A stretch of DNA of 64,000 bases from Takakia lepidozioides (taxonomy: Eukaryota > Plantae > Bryophyta), in contig CM060733.1 in the NCBI GenBank assembly GCA_030704615.1, positions 37,634,001 to 37,698,000 of the forward strand, read 5' to 3'. The translations under genes and the position numbers were made by a program. Positions 49,920 to 63,174 of this stretch are shown here, in pieces; the stretch's first letter is position 1, and every line of letters begins with the position of its first letter. The notes beneath the pieces are model-generated. The model had not been told where the DNA came from. It worked only from the letters and a program-made list of their open reading frames with translations, and ran no database searches.

Positions 49920-52130
49920 ACCAAGAATGTGCAGGGTCGCAATGTCCTCACTAACTTTTAGGTTACTCTCATTTTAAGTGGGTGCAGTGCTGCTTCTAGT
50001 ATGGGGCTCTTATCATTCAGTACATCATAGCGAAATTGAAGTGCTTATTCTCAGGTAAATCTGTGTCTTTTGGCACTCTAAAGTGAACTTTTTTTGTTGT
50101 CAGGGTTAAAGGCCGTGTTGTAAATTGACTTGAGATTGGTCCAGGGAATAAATTTCACCACAGACAAGTTGATGGAGGCTGGTGCGGAAATGGTAGAGTC
50201 TGATAGAGTCACATGTGGATGTGAAAACAACAGACAATTACATGTTGCGGATTTTCTGCATTGGCTTCACAAAGAAGCGACCCAACCACATTAAGCGCAC
50301 TTGCTACGCACAATTTCAAAATGTTAGACAATTTCTAGGGCTCTTCGACAAGATGATGCAATTCTTAGAAGTTGAATGGCAGTCTCTGAAAGAAATAGAA
50401 CGTCAAGTACACCAGCCAATAATTTTTGGGGATAATGAAGGCATTTCAGGTCTTTGATGTCCATTTCTGAGGTTCATGTGTGAGTGGGAAAGAGAGACAG
50501 AGACAGAGACAAAGACAGAGACAAAAATTTCCATAGAACATGACGGTTACAATGGTGGTTGCTTGTCAGGAACACTGCAAAACATTGTATGCAGCCAATA
50601 TTTCCATGCAGGTCCTTCACCAGTTTCGCGATATGCAGCCTGATGTAAGTAGTGTTACCATGTCTCGGCTTGCTTCGGTGGAAGATGAGGGAGATCATTG
50701 TGCATGAAGCTCAAACTTGTGATTTGAAGGTTCTTGTAGCCAAGTTCATTCCAGAGGTGATTGGAAAAGACATTGAGAAGATATCAGCCAGTATGTATCC
50801 TATACAGAACACCTTCATCCACAAAGTAAATATTATGAAAGCTCCCAGAGTTGATGTGGGCAAGCTTATGGAGGTAGAACTCGCCTCCCTCCTCTAATTT
50901 AAGTGTTGGATAAGCTTCAGTTTAGTGTCGACATTCACTGCATACATTGGCTGTTTTCTTGGCTGGTATCTTATTGCTTGGCTACTTTCATGGGGATCAC
51001 ATACAGTGAGGAGGTGGGAGCAAAGATAGAGCGACATGTTGGTGAGTTGGAAGAGCTTGAAGGGGAGCATGTTGAGGTACCAGGGGTTAAATTGCTCATG
51101 TGTAGTGGAAGGGGAGGAGTACGAACGTAAGTTCTGCTGCAATAATTGTTTGTTTTCCAGCCTACATGTTCTTGTTGGATATTAATTGAAGTGCTTTCAA
51201 TGTTGCTGCAATACCATAATAAAGTGGAGGCTGCTGAATGCAGTTGGCCTTGCTTGGTGCGGACAGAATCCATTACAATGTGGAGATGGCTGATTATAGC
51301 ATTTCCAAAGGATGGTGTGGATGGCCGTGCGTGGTGCATGCAGAGTCCGTGGCAATGTGGAGATGGCTGAATGGGCAAAGGAGGCACATTGCAAAGAAGC
51401 CACGTCACTGGTACATAGTTGTGTGTGACATACTACAAGAAACTGTACTATATGTCATTCCAGATACTGTCATTGTTGGTCCATGTGTTTTACAACAATG
51501 CTATCAATATAAGACTTCTGGTTCGCATTGGAAGCTCAATCCCTGTAAGTTCATCGTGTGTGAAGCTCAAACTTGTGATTTGAAGGATCTTGTAGCCAAG
51601 TTCATGCAACCGGAAAGGAAAAATTCTGAAAGCTCCCAAATTTGATGTGGGCAAGCTTATGGAGGTAAGACTTAGCTTCCCTCCTCTAATGTAAGTGTTG
51701 GATAAGTTTCATTTAGTGTCGACCTTCACTACATATATTGGCTCTTTTCTTGGCTGGTTTCATATTTTCTTGGCTGGTATGCTGTTGGTTGGCTTCTTTC
51801 ATTTCACGTGTGTAGTGGAAGGGGAGAAGTACTTTCCTAAGTTCTGCTGCAACTTTTTCCAGCCTAGATGTTCTCGATGGATACAAATTGAAGTGCTTTG
51901 AATGTTGCTGCAATACTATAATAAAGTGGAGGGTGCTGAATGCAGTTGGCCTTGCTTCGTGCAGGCATAATCCAGGGAAATGTGGACATAGCTGAAACCC
52001 CATGATAGTATTTCCAGATGACGGTGTGGATGGCCTCACAATCCAGCATGCAAAATCCATGGCAATGTGGAGATGGCTGAATGGGCAAACATGTTAAGTG
52101 GCGAACAAGCCACGTCACTGGTACATAGTT
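49920..52130 (+). pseudogene. RPS3a: Captured, intron-containing 40S ribosomal protein S3a (eS1) fragments with a partial tandem duplication (about 51550-52130)
   Basis: [87 protein letters not shown]...[22 protein letters not shown]. Frameshifts and inserted DNA are present. Confidence 0.9.
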
Positions 52131-52139
52131 GCATGCTTA

Positions 52140-53585
52140 CATAGTACATGAAAGCGGCCAATCCAAATCGCAGAGATCGTGGCTCTGCAGCAAAATCCTC
52201 AAATGTGGTGTCAATGTGTCTCCATGCTTTGCTATCAGCTGGATGTCGAACCAACCCATCCTGGCTCTTATGTCTGTCGTGCCATGTCATGAGGTTAGTG
52301 ATCGATTTACATCGGTACATACGTTTCAACCTTGGAATGACAGGGAAGTGTCGCAATACTTTCTTGGGCACACTTCCACGACCTGGAATGTAACGGGAAC
52401 TGCGGCACACTGGGCAAATGTCTACATTCTCATACTCCCCACGGAAGAGTACACAACCACGCTCACAGGCATGAATTATGGTGTACTGCAATCCCATCTT
52501 GGCAATCATGGTTTTTGCTTCATAGTGAGTTTTCGGCAATGAATTCTCTTTAGGCAAAAAACTCTTACGCAACAATCCCAGAAGCTCATCCACAAATGCA
52601 TTGGTGCACTTGTGGGTAGTGCATGCATTCAGCAACGTCAAAGTTGCTTGCAGCCGGCTGATCGAGCACCCTTCAAAAAGTGGACATTGCTACTGTCGGA
52701 AGAGTTTATCATACTCGGGATCAACGTGCAGGTGAGCATTCTCATCAAATTCATTGTCTCCGGAATCGTCGAGGTCATCGTCATGATCGGCAAATGTGTG
52801 ATCGGTTCCACCATGAATGGGGACCTCTCTGTTTGCATCTGCAAAGAGAAACGCTTCCTGCAATGCACGCTGGATTTCTACCTCCAATCCACCACTCTCA
52901 TCTGCGTTCTCTGTGACATTGGGCTCCCGCTGTGCCCCCTGGGCCTTCGTCTTTATCATCTGAATATTCACATCCCTGCATCCCAATAGTCATCTTGTGA
53001 GTGGACCAACAACGATGTGACATATTATGTTCATATTATGACATAGGAGGCACGGTGACGTTGCAGTGATGCAGTCATATTTACGTACGTATCTTATGAA
53101 TATACACCCAATCAAAACACGACATTTGTAGCCATTGAAGTCATAGTTGCAGTCACTTAGTTAGTCATATATGACTACATGACTACACATGACCAATGAA
53201 AACACGACATGTGCATTAATTAAAGTGATAACGGAAGTGGCGTAGTCATAGTCACGTCTGTATCTTATGACTTCTTGACTACAATCACCCAACGAAATGT
53301 CGACATGTGGAGAAGAGGATCGTTGCATTCAAAATTCAAACTAAAGTGCTGAAGGGAAAGTGGCGATCGTACCGGAAGAGAACAGCGTCGGAGAAGAGGA
53401 TTCCTCCCGTATATCATGTAATGATTCCTCACTGTTTCCAACAACAATACTTTTCCTCCATGACACTCATCGCAGTTGCATAGCATTTTTGTATGCCCAT
53501 TCCTTGTGGCATAAGCTTCTTCCATTCGCCATAGATGGTCATCTATTCTACGCCTACGCATCCGGTCGCCACCTGCACTGTACAT
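52140..53585 (-). mobile_element. CACTA TnpD N-terminal half, minus strand
   Basis: KMLCNCDECHGG; LLNACTTHKCTNAFVDELL...IHACERGCVLFRGEY...CPVCRSSRY...KKVLRHFPVIPRLKRMY...RHPADSKAWRHID...RSLRFGLAA. Confidence 0.93.
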
Positions 53586-54291
53586 GCTTTGAACGTCACC
53601 CCTTCCCTCTTTGCATGCTACGCACAGTGCATTGTCTCTTGTTTTGCACCAACTGCCAATGTGCTATTTCTATATCTATAGTATACTATAAGTATCGTTT
53701 CTGAGTGTCCATGGTGAAGCGGAAGGTCTTCGAAGTGACAGTCCTTCTCACTGAGTACGAGAGGTTCCGAGAGCACCGGATTGCTGCCATAAAGGAGGTG
53801 GAAGCAACGTTCAAGCAGTCGATAGATGGGTGAGTTTAGTTCCTGACTTTGGTTACCCACCCACTAAACTTGCGATTTGCCTTATCCTCTAACCTTCCTA
53901 CAACGATCTTAAGCTTCACAGCACAAATGGGGGCGAGTAGCTGCGACTTGTACAAACAGAGAGGCAAACAACATGTAGTGAATGACGATTAGGTTTGAGG
54001 AGGGTGTGTCATTAGGCGGGAGATGTCCGCCGTCATTCGTGGGCAGCCATTACGTCCTGGTAGGGTGCGGCTGTGGTTCAGCGTAGGCTTAAGAGTATTA
54101 GGGTATGTATGCTTGCATTTGTTTGTGATTGTTTGAGAGGGAGGTCATGGAGGTGTTTGTACAGGCTTGCGGGAGCAAATCGCCCTTGCAAGCCACGCGC
54201 TCCGAAGGAAAAAGCTAGGGATCAAGGTCCTGCAAGGCAAAGTGCCAGACTGAAGACGATAAAGACTACGATTCTGCATGAGGGCTCTTCT

Positions 54292-54336
54292 GAGGACGAT
54301 GAGGACGATGAGGACGATGAGGACGATGAGGACGAT
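54292..54336 (+). repeat. (GAGGACGAT)5 minisatellite encoding (EDD)5 in a TE-like exon
   Basis: Five perfect 9-bp units inside ORF 54073-54492. Confidence 0.9.
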
Positions 54337-55049
54337 CCACTCCTCCCACGCCAGTGCGAGGCGAGTACGTCGTCGGCGGATGCCACGGCAAGCCGAGGAG
54401 AACATGCCCATGCTCATGTCGCAGGACAAAAACACCCATCATCTACACTACGAACACCTTCTCCGTCTATGAGTTATAGTTCTTCACAATGACCATGATT
54501 CAAATTATGTATGTTTTTGGTAAAATCACGAAGAGATAGGGTATGGTAAGATCATGAAGAGATAGGGTATGTCTGTCAAGACAGGGAAGTTAGACAATGC
54601 AGGGGTCAGCCAAGGCACAATCACAAATGATTTCCACTAGACAAGTTGAAGTGCCAAAGGCATGATGTCAGGCCAATGTAGACTTCAGGTGTGTTCAGAT
54701 TCATACTGTCAATTTTTTTTGGAAATCAAATGGTGAATTTTCCAAAATTTGAGGCCTAAGAGCATGGCCAGCAGCGGCCATTTCAGACGCGCCAACTCCA
54801 AAATGCCGTGACCGGCGGTTTCGGGGCTCTCCCCGCGTCCCCAACAGCACCACCCCACTCCTTATAGTGTCGGCCGTCTCGCAAATCCACACTTCAATAC
54901 ATGACGGGCAAGCAGGTCTGTTGCTGGGTCTATTGGGCAAGCAGGTCTGTTGCGTATGTCCCAACCAAGAGGGACCTGCCTACTTGCTTTGGTAATGCAC
55001 ATAAAACATTAGTTATTTCCAAGATTTGTAGAAAGTTGTGGGTAGTGTG

Positions 55050-55440
55050 GTGTCTAAGTTAAGAGCAACACACATATATAACACACATTACCACATGACA
55101 AGAATTTAACACCAAACCTCCTAATCATTATTCGTTGCTCTTAACTTAGGCACAATTATTAATTATATATTTTGTATACTGGTTCTTTTTTAAATTTTCC
55201 TAAGTCTTGTTCTTCTGCAGCAGTGGACCTTCCAGTGGACTGGGCAGACCCTCCAGCAGACTCTACAGGTGGATTCACAGTCCACTATGCACATAGAGTG
55301 GACCCTCCTGCGGACTTTGTAGAGTGGACTAGACTACAAAGTGGATCCCCTCCAGCGGACTTTGGAGAGTCAGTGGACCCTCCAGTAGACTCTCCATAGG
55401 AGACTAGACTATCCAACCCTCCGGCAGACCCAGTGGATTG
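55050..55440. repeat. 20-bp inverted repeat (55050-55069 / 55134-55153) followed by a cluster of GTGGACCCTCCAGCGGACT-like motifs (TE subterminal-type)
   Basis: gtgtctaagttaagagcaac pairs with gttgctcttaacttaggcac with 1 mismatch. About 6 degenerate motif copies lie at 55220-55440. Confidence 0.65.
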
Positions 55441-56420
55441 GGCGCTGGGCTTATGAGCTGAGCTAACCCCATGGGCCGTTTTATTGTTTGGCCAATTGTA
55501 TATTCAAGATATATGAGCGATATATTCAACGATGCTTGTAATATTGATAAAATAATGTAGGAGTAACCTAGCTACATAATACATCTTTGCAAGCTCCAAA
55601 ATTAAGATTTGTATATTGGGAATCGGTGGAGCACACGCTTACCTTGGAACAGCTGCAAGAGGAGGTTGGGTAGCATGTATGCAGGCTTATGCCGTGGGCT
55701 ATAAACGAATATTCAGTATATTCCTTGAATATGTGTTTAAGATGCTACAACGAAACGAATTGTGCTTACGCCAGATGAAATGCGAAACTTTTCCAAAAGT
55801 CTGCTCACGTGAGCGCAAGCTATCTATTGTTGAAATTCTAGCATAACTCTTGAATTGTTGTCAAAGAGTATTTTTCATTATATTATGTTTGTTGGCCTTT
55901 TTTGCTCTGTCTCACAATATTATGAGGGTTTTTATTGGTTTTCTTTTAATAATTACAAACTTAGTTTGTTTTTTAAGAATGTCAAATTTGTTATAGGTAA
56001 TAATATAATTATATCATCGTTCGTGACCGGTTGGTCTGGTGGTTACGTTTCCCACCTGTGTGCCTAATGGCTTATCTGGGGTTAATTTCCCCCCCTCTAT
56101 ATATCTATATATACATATATCATATAAATTGTAAATATATTTGTACTGCGCATATTTGCGTATAAATTGGACCCTACTTCTGTTTTGTATTCTATTTCCG
56201 TGGAAACAATGACCCTATTACCGTGTTTTTGTGCCTACGCCTCCATTTTTATATGCTCCCGTGGGTTGGGTCGGTGGGGTCATCAACTAGCACATAGGTG
56301 TGAAGTGGGAACGACTAAGGAATAAGGTGTTGAGTGGATTTACCTAGAGCAGGTTGGAGCAAAGCTCGAGCTGGCAAGATAGGGTTTAGGGTGGGATAAT
56401 GATTTACCCATGAAGGATAT

Positions 56421-58515
56421 CAATCTATGAATTAAGACGATTTGTTTGTTTTGTTTTGTTTTGTTTTGTCTTGTCACGTTGAGATGTCCCGAACCGCAAG
56501 GCCCCACCCCTGGTGCTTGGTACCGTTGGAAAGCCCTCGACGAGGAGGGGTGCACGGGCTTGGCCTCATGAATTTTGGACCTGCGGTGTGGGAGATGTGG
56601 AATTCCAAGTACTTTTGGTCGCTGGAAATTCACAAAAAACAGTAAAAATGGCAAAGTGGGCATTCCTGGGACAATGGTTGCAGCCCGGACGGGAGAGATA
56701 TCAAGGAAAAGGTCTCCGGTTCAAATCTGGTCATAGGCTCTGTGGAAAAAAAATGATGAGATATGACTTACTTTTAAATATTGATGCACCTGGACTTAGA
56801 TGACATTGGACACTTGGGCCAACGGCACAGGCTACCCTGGAGGTCATACTTGGGCCTAGACAGAGGAGACTCACTTGAATGCATAGGAGATTGCACGTGG
56901 GCTTACATGACCCTGGACACTTGGGCCATTGGCACAGGCTACCCTAGGGCCTAGAGGTTGCATTTGGGCCTCGACATAGGAGACGCACTTGGATACATAG
57001 GAAATTGCACTGGATACATAGGAGATTGGACTTGGGCTTAGATGACAGTGGACAATTGGGGCTCTACATGGGAAATGCACTTGGATACATGAATCGAAGA
57101 TTGCACTTGGGCTTAGATGGGTCTCGACATAGGAGACACACTTGGATACATAGGAAATTACACTTGATCTTAGATTTCAATTCTTCACATATGGGCCAAA
57201 CGGCATAGGCTACGTCACTAAAGGTCGCACTTGGGCCTCGACATAGGAGACGCAATGGGATACATAGGAGACGCCAACGGCACAGGCTATCCTAGAGGTC
57301 GTGCTTGGGCCTCGACATAGGAGACGCAGTGGGATACATAGAAGATCTTAGACTTGGGCTTAGATGACAGTAGACACTTGGGCCAACGGCACAGGCCACC
57401 CTAGAGGTCGCATTTGGGCCTCGACATAGGAGACGCACTTGGATACATAGGGGATTGCACTTGGACTTAGATGCCACTTGACACTTGGGCCAACGGCACA
57501 AGCTACCCTAGTCAATCTATGAAGCGAGACGTTTGTTTTGTTTTGTTTTGTTTTGTCACGTTGAGATGTCCCAAACCGTGAGGCCCCGGCCATGGTGCTT
57601 GCTACCGCTGGAAAGCCTCGACAAGGAGGGGTGCACGGGCTTTGGTCTCACGATTTTTGGACATGCGGTGTGGGAGATACGGAATTTCAAGTACTTTTGG
57701 TCGCTGGAAATTCACAAAAAATAGCAAAAATGGCAAAGCGGGCATTCTCGGACAATGGTTGGAGCCTCGACGGGAGAGATATCAAGGGAAAGGTCTCCGG
57801 TTCAAATCTGGTTGTAGGCTCTCTGAAAAAAAAGAAATGATTAGATATGGGATTGCACTTGGACACTTGGGCCTGTACATGGGAGATGCACTTGGATGCC
57901 CTGGTGCTTGGTACCGTTGGAAAGCCCTCGACGAGGAGGGGTGCACGGGCTTGGTCTCATGGTTTTTGGACCTGCGGTCTGGGAGATACGGAATTCCAAG
58001 TATTTTTGCACGCTGAAAATTCATTAAAAAATAGCAAAAATGGCAAAGTGGGCATTCCTGGGACAATGGTTGGACCCTCGACGGGAGAGATATCAAGGGA
58101 AAGGTCTCCGGTTCAAATCTGGTCGTGGGCTCTGTGGAAAAATACTTACTGAAATGACATTGGACATTTGGGCCAACTGCAAAGGCTACCCTAGAGGTTG
58201 CATTTGGGCCTCGACATAGCAGATGCACTTTGATACATAGGGGATTGCACTTGGACTTAATTAGATGATACTTGACACTTGGGCCAACGGCACGGGCTAC
58301 CCTATGGCCTAGAGGTTGCACTTGGGCCTCGACATAGGAGACGCACTTGGATAGAGAGGAAATTGCACTAGATACATAGGAGATTGGACTTGGGCTTAGA
58401 TGACAGTGGACAATTGGGGCTCTACATGGGAGATGCACTTGGATACATGAATAGAAGATTGCACTTAGATTAGATGACACTTGACACTTGGGCCAACGGC
58501 ACAGGCTACCCTAGT
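56421..58515. repeat. Composite tandem repeat: ~330-bp module A (56421, 57512, truncated 57898) alternating with arrays of an ~100-bp module B
   Basis: A: caatctatgaa-(GTTTT)n-cacgttgagatgtccc...ggaaagccctcgacgaggaggggtgcacggg...ggtctccggttcaaatctgg. B: gacacttgggccaacggcacaggctaccctagaggtcgcatttgggcctcgacataggagacgcacttggatacatagg. Confidence 0.9.
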
Positions 58516-59109
58516 ACCTTTTGAACTAACAGTTACCTTCAGGGGCAGTGTATATCCACACCTGATGTTTCGATTATATAACATAGAGTAAAGGTAATTA
58601 TCTATTACTTATCCTCCAGTTATATTGATGGGTAAGCAAAAACACCTTGTCCACTAATAGTTAAATGATTATTCTTTGATATACCCACTTGATACATGAT
58701 ATATCTCCACAACGCTTGTCAATTATCCTTCTTGTATTTTTTTTATTTTTTTATTTTTTTTGTGTACCTTCCATAAATCATCACGGGTATCCCTGACTCT
58801 GAATTTTCTTTTTGTCCCAGTGATGTGTTGATCTTTCCGGGGATGTGTTTTCGGCGTGAAACAGTAGGTCTCTACAAGGCCGAAGAAACTCAGATATATC
58901 CTGCCCACACGCTGTTGGTGAAAGAAAAAGTGGTGCGTAGCATCGTGCGCGTGGTTTTTTGGCTCAAGGGTGAAGATGAACTGTGGGCATTATTGGGAGA
59001 ATGAGTGTACCTGCTGCACAAGCACCGCTTCATCACCTCCCACTGTGTGTCTGGGTGGGACTCGCAGCTTAGTGCTCCTCCGGACAGGTAGCCGTGTCAT
59101 TCTCTTCTT

Positions 59110-59998
59110 ATGCCTGTATTTACAAGATCTATGCTAGAAAGGGAAGCAGAAGAGACAATGTGACTGAGTGAGTTGGAAAAATGCGCAGCGGAGGAGAGGG
59201 AAGAGACAGCAACTAATGAAAAGAATAATATGGAAAGGGGAGAGTCGTTCGGAGATCACAAAGATCCGGCGACTGTGCCTCAGCCCACATTTGATTTGGA
59301 CGAGCTGTGTGAAGCCATGGGGGTGATTTCAAATTGCCCCCCCCTCTTTTGAAGATGTTGCTGAAACAATCTGAAGTTCCGGACACTACTCCACGAAAAT
59401 TTGATCATGGAGAGCGAATGCATAAGCAGCAATACCCTGAGTACAACTTATGGGAGGATTTTGAGTCCTTCTTGGAATTTTTTGAAATCACCACTGAAAT
59501 TAATAGAGTTCCCCCACGATTCCAAGTCAAGTCCTTTCGGATTTGTCTCAAGGGAGAGGCCAGACAACTGTTTGAGTCCAACATTAAGGACAAAAATGAT
59601 CTTACGTGGGTCGAAGCCAGAGAGTTGGCTCGCAAGCTCTTTCGTGAAGAAAAGCCCATAGCTTACACCACACCAGACTTAAAATTTCATTATGGCGACA
59701 GTGTGTGGAAATACTACACTGATTTACGAACTGCAATTTGTAAGTCGGTTTTGATTGCATCAGAGAGACCTGCTATTTTGAAACATTGTTTTGTAAAGGG
59801 CTTGCCCCCCCCCCTGCTGAGAAAGTGTTTCTACAAAAACAGACTTACACCACTGAAGTTGAGATGGTGGAATTGATTGAAGAAAGGTTACGTCTCAAAG
59901 CTGCTAAGGCCGGCCTGTCTAAAGTTGCCAACACGAAACACACTCATCTAGCTAGTGAGAGTCACTGTATAGAGCCTACTGATGGAACACTATTTTAA
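59110..59998 (+). pseudogene. Stand-alone gag/capsid-like gene (no pol), with one premature stop and two poly-C frameshifts
   Basis: Starts MPVFTRS at 59110, with TGA at 59161. Core: YPEYNLWEDFESFLEFFE...LKGEARQLFE...TWVEARE...GDSVWKYYTDLR...HCFVKGLP. Frames switch at C8 (59337-59344) and C10 (59805-59814). Confidence 0.65.
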
Positions 59999-60530
59999 CT
60001 AATTCTGGACTTTTGTTTGGTCCAGAAATAATATGAGAAATATGAATAAACAAAATTTATTATTACAATAAAACGATATATATGATTATTTTGGTTATTT
60101 TATACACAATATAATCCTCCAAACATTTTTTGGAGACAATATAGGTATGTATTGTGGTTTTAGAAGAACATCCACTGCCAAGTTGACGTTCACGAAAAAA
60201 ATGAGAGGATGCAATAAATTACACCATGATGTGAGGTCAAATATGTAAAACTTTTTGCAAAAAATGGTTGTCATATCAGATGATATACAAAACCAAACAT
60301 AGAACAATCATGGCATGTGATGAAGAGGATGATATGAAAGAATGTGTCCGCATACATTGATGATAAACATTCATATTTTATTAGAGATTGCAACTTTGGC
60401 GTTGCAGTCAGACATAATGTAACGTCAACTGTACATCCGTTGGACTTAATGTTATCCAGCGGCTCGAAGCCATACAACGGCTTACACTAACCCATTAATA
60501 TTACAGAGCCTCCTCCCAAACGGCTCGCAG

Positions 60531-61660
60531 TCAAGGCATGTGTTCGAAGACGCCTCCGGTTACCACAACCACTTGCAACGGTCTCCGCACCAGATGAAAC
60601 GGAAATACTTTCGGAGAACTCGAACTAGTAGTAACATTATCATCCGAAATGTTACTTGGAACTCTACTTGTTGAATCTCTTGATGCCCTTGAAGCCTGTC
60701 GGGAAGCCCGCCATTCTTGCCAATCACGAAGCTCTTCTTCTTCTTTTCGAATTCGCTCCTTGAATGTGACTGGGCAAAACAATTTTTCATATGACAAATG
60801 TCAGCTGAAATGTGGAACATTTGTAGAAAAAATGATAAAGTAAAAGTGCAAGTGGAAGACACTTTCAAGATCAAATTCTCCATAAACAACAAACAGTGGG
60901 ATAAGTACATACCAAGGTAATCAGGTTCCTTTTGTTGTGGGATCCAAACACGAGGATCAACATATCTTCCATACCAAGCCCAATAGGCATGGTCATGACC
61001 AATAGGCTTACGAGAACACTTGGCACGGTTCTCGCTGATGTAATCTACGACTGTTGAAGCTGCAGCCATTTTCAATATATATGGCCACACAGCTTTTGTC
61101 ATATCATCCTGGTCATCCAATCCCTTTGGTGATGGCTTGTATGAAATATGGAAGAATCCAGTATTTGGTGGGTTTCGGAGGCCTTTTGATGGCTCATCAT
61201 CAACAAGGAGTATTTGTCCCTGCGTTGCAAAGGGTGTACTAGGGTTCTTGGCAAGAACAGTGCGAATATCCTTAACGAGATATTTCATTCCAAACATGAT
61301 GTAACCGGTAGTGTCTTTGCAATCCTCAGCTGACCAGATGAAGCAAAACTTCTTCGAAATTTTTGTAGGAACTAAGCACTCGAGCATCCTACAAAGAACA
61401 TGTCTTTCAGCACATGACCAGATCGCCACGTGAAAATACATGAACGCAAGGTTGAGAAACTCCAAGACTCCGGGCCGGGGAACCACAAAAGGTCTTTTGG
61501 GAACATGAACTGTAACTTTCCTGAAATGAAATCTCTCCTTAAACAATTCACCGCCGGTTGGAGGTGGCCGGTAGTAAAGGAGACCGTTGACACTCAATAT
61601 TAACAGCATCCGTTTCCTCTTCCCCGATGTGGCAAATGAAGGTTGATGGACGATACCATC
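60531..61660 (-). CDS. FCP1-homology/NIF (HAD-family) phosphatase-like domain with the catalytic Asp lost; spliced to a last exon at about 60803-60531
   Basis: LLILSVNGLL...PRPGVLEFL...FHVAIWSCA...FIWSAEDC...YLVKDI...ILLVDDEPSKGLRNPPNTG. There is an acceptor near 61660 and a donor near 60913. Confidence 0.75.
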
Positions 61661-63174
61661 CTGCGCAATTTAAGTGTTCCCGCCGTCAGAAACAACACGA
61701 TGTAGTGTTTCTTCGTTCAAGAGTGACCTCTACGTTTTCGGAGACATAAGTGTCCCGACAATGGACTACTATAAAGGACCAAAAATAGACCATATATCGA
61801 AGAGTTCGAGATCACGAAAAGATGAACGTCGGCTGTCAAGTGGAGGTTAGTGGACGCACCTTGTCGGGAGGCGCATTCAAGAAATTATGCGGCTCCATAC
61901 TCGCTTGTATAGAAATTACAGAGTTAGTTTGGGACAGAAAAACAAACTGCAAACGAAAGTGGAGAAATTGTTTTGAAATGTACCATTGAAGTCTTATTGG
62001 GATGTCTTGCAGAAGAACAGTGGATTCCCGCGGGCTTGGATTGACAAGGCGCCACAACATCCGAGGGAGTCTTCAAGTGTTTGGAGTCCGTTCTTTTTTT
62101 CTTGTCAGCCTTTTGTCCTTTGGAATGATTCCCTGCAGAGGAAGGAAATGGCTCGGGGGTTTTTTTTCGCCTCTTTGGTGCAGAACATTGTGCGAGCAGT
62201 TCAGGGTCACGCTGTGTCGATGTTGGAGATGTTTTGCCATTGAACGACGGGATAAGTGGAGGGGCAACAATAGGCAAGCACAAAAAATTGTCCCTTGAGC
62301 ACTCGACATCCTGGATGGAATGAAAACGCAACGAAGGAATAAGTTACCTCGGAACTGCATTCCAATGTAGACGTCGTTTGACAGGAAGGTCATAATCTGC
62401 AAATTTTCTTACCTGGAGCGACAGATGAATATCAGACCCCAAACTAAGTGAAATTAGGAGAATGACCAAGGAGCAAGAAATGAGTTTAAATCACCTGATT
62501 CCTGCGGATTTGGGCTGTCCAACCCTCGTGCTGGGGAGATATGCGAGGAAAAGACGAAACCAGGTGCAGCGGAGCCGTAGCCGAGTCCCCAACGGTTGCC
62601 CTGCGGGTTGGATAGACCAGACCCTGCGTACTGAACAGGGAGGGTGAGGAATGTTGGGAAAGGTCGATAAAGTCTCCGAGATATTTATGTTCTTCACCTG
62701 CACCTTGGACTTTACCCCCAGGAGGACCCGAGAGGAGAAGAGTGTCGCCCGCTTCCCGGGAGGACAAGGGTCTGACAGAGGATCCATCCTCAATTTGAGC
62801 ACCATCGTGAACCCTCGGAAAGCCTTCAATACTCCGACTCACAGCTGATCCGGAGGGTTCCTTTAGGGGACTTGAGGAACCGATGACGTTGTCAACATCT
62901 CCTTAAACCTGCCAAAGAGACATAATCATAAATCCGAGAATGCAAGAATGCGAACTTCCACTGAACAGTGGAGGTCACTAGATATAGTCATGTCCCCGTA
63001 TGAAGGCCTGTATCAGAGTCTTGGGATTGCCCGGAATGTGCGTCAAGAATTCAACTGAAAATGAGTCAAAATGAGAGTACCATATCTTTCACGTGTGTGA
63101 TTACAAGGAAATGAAAAAGAGAAACTATGAAGATATTCAATAGCTCGAGTGAGATGGAATTGATCAAAAATAAT

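Noticed and set aside
56785-58515. CRISPR-like array
   Set aside because: The context is eukaryotic, the repeats are degenerate, the intervening sequences are themselves repeated, and there are no cas genes.
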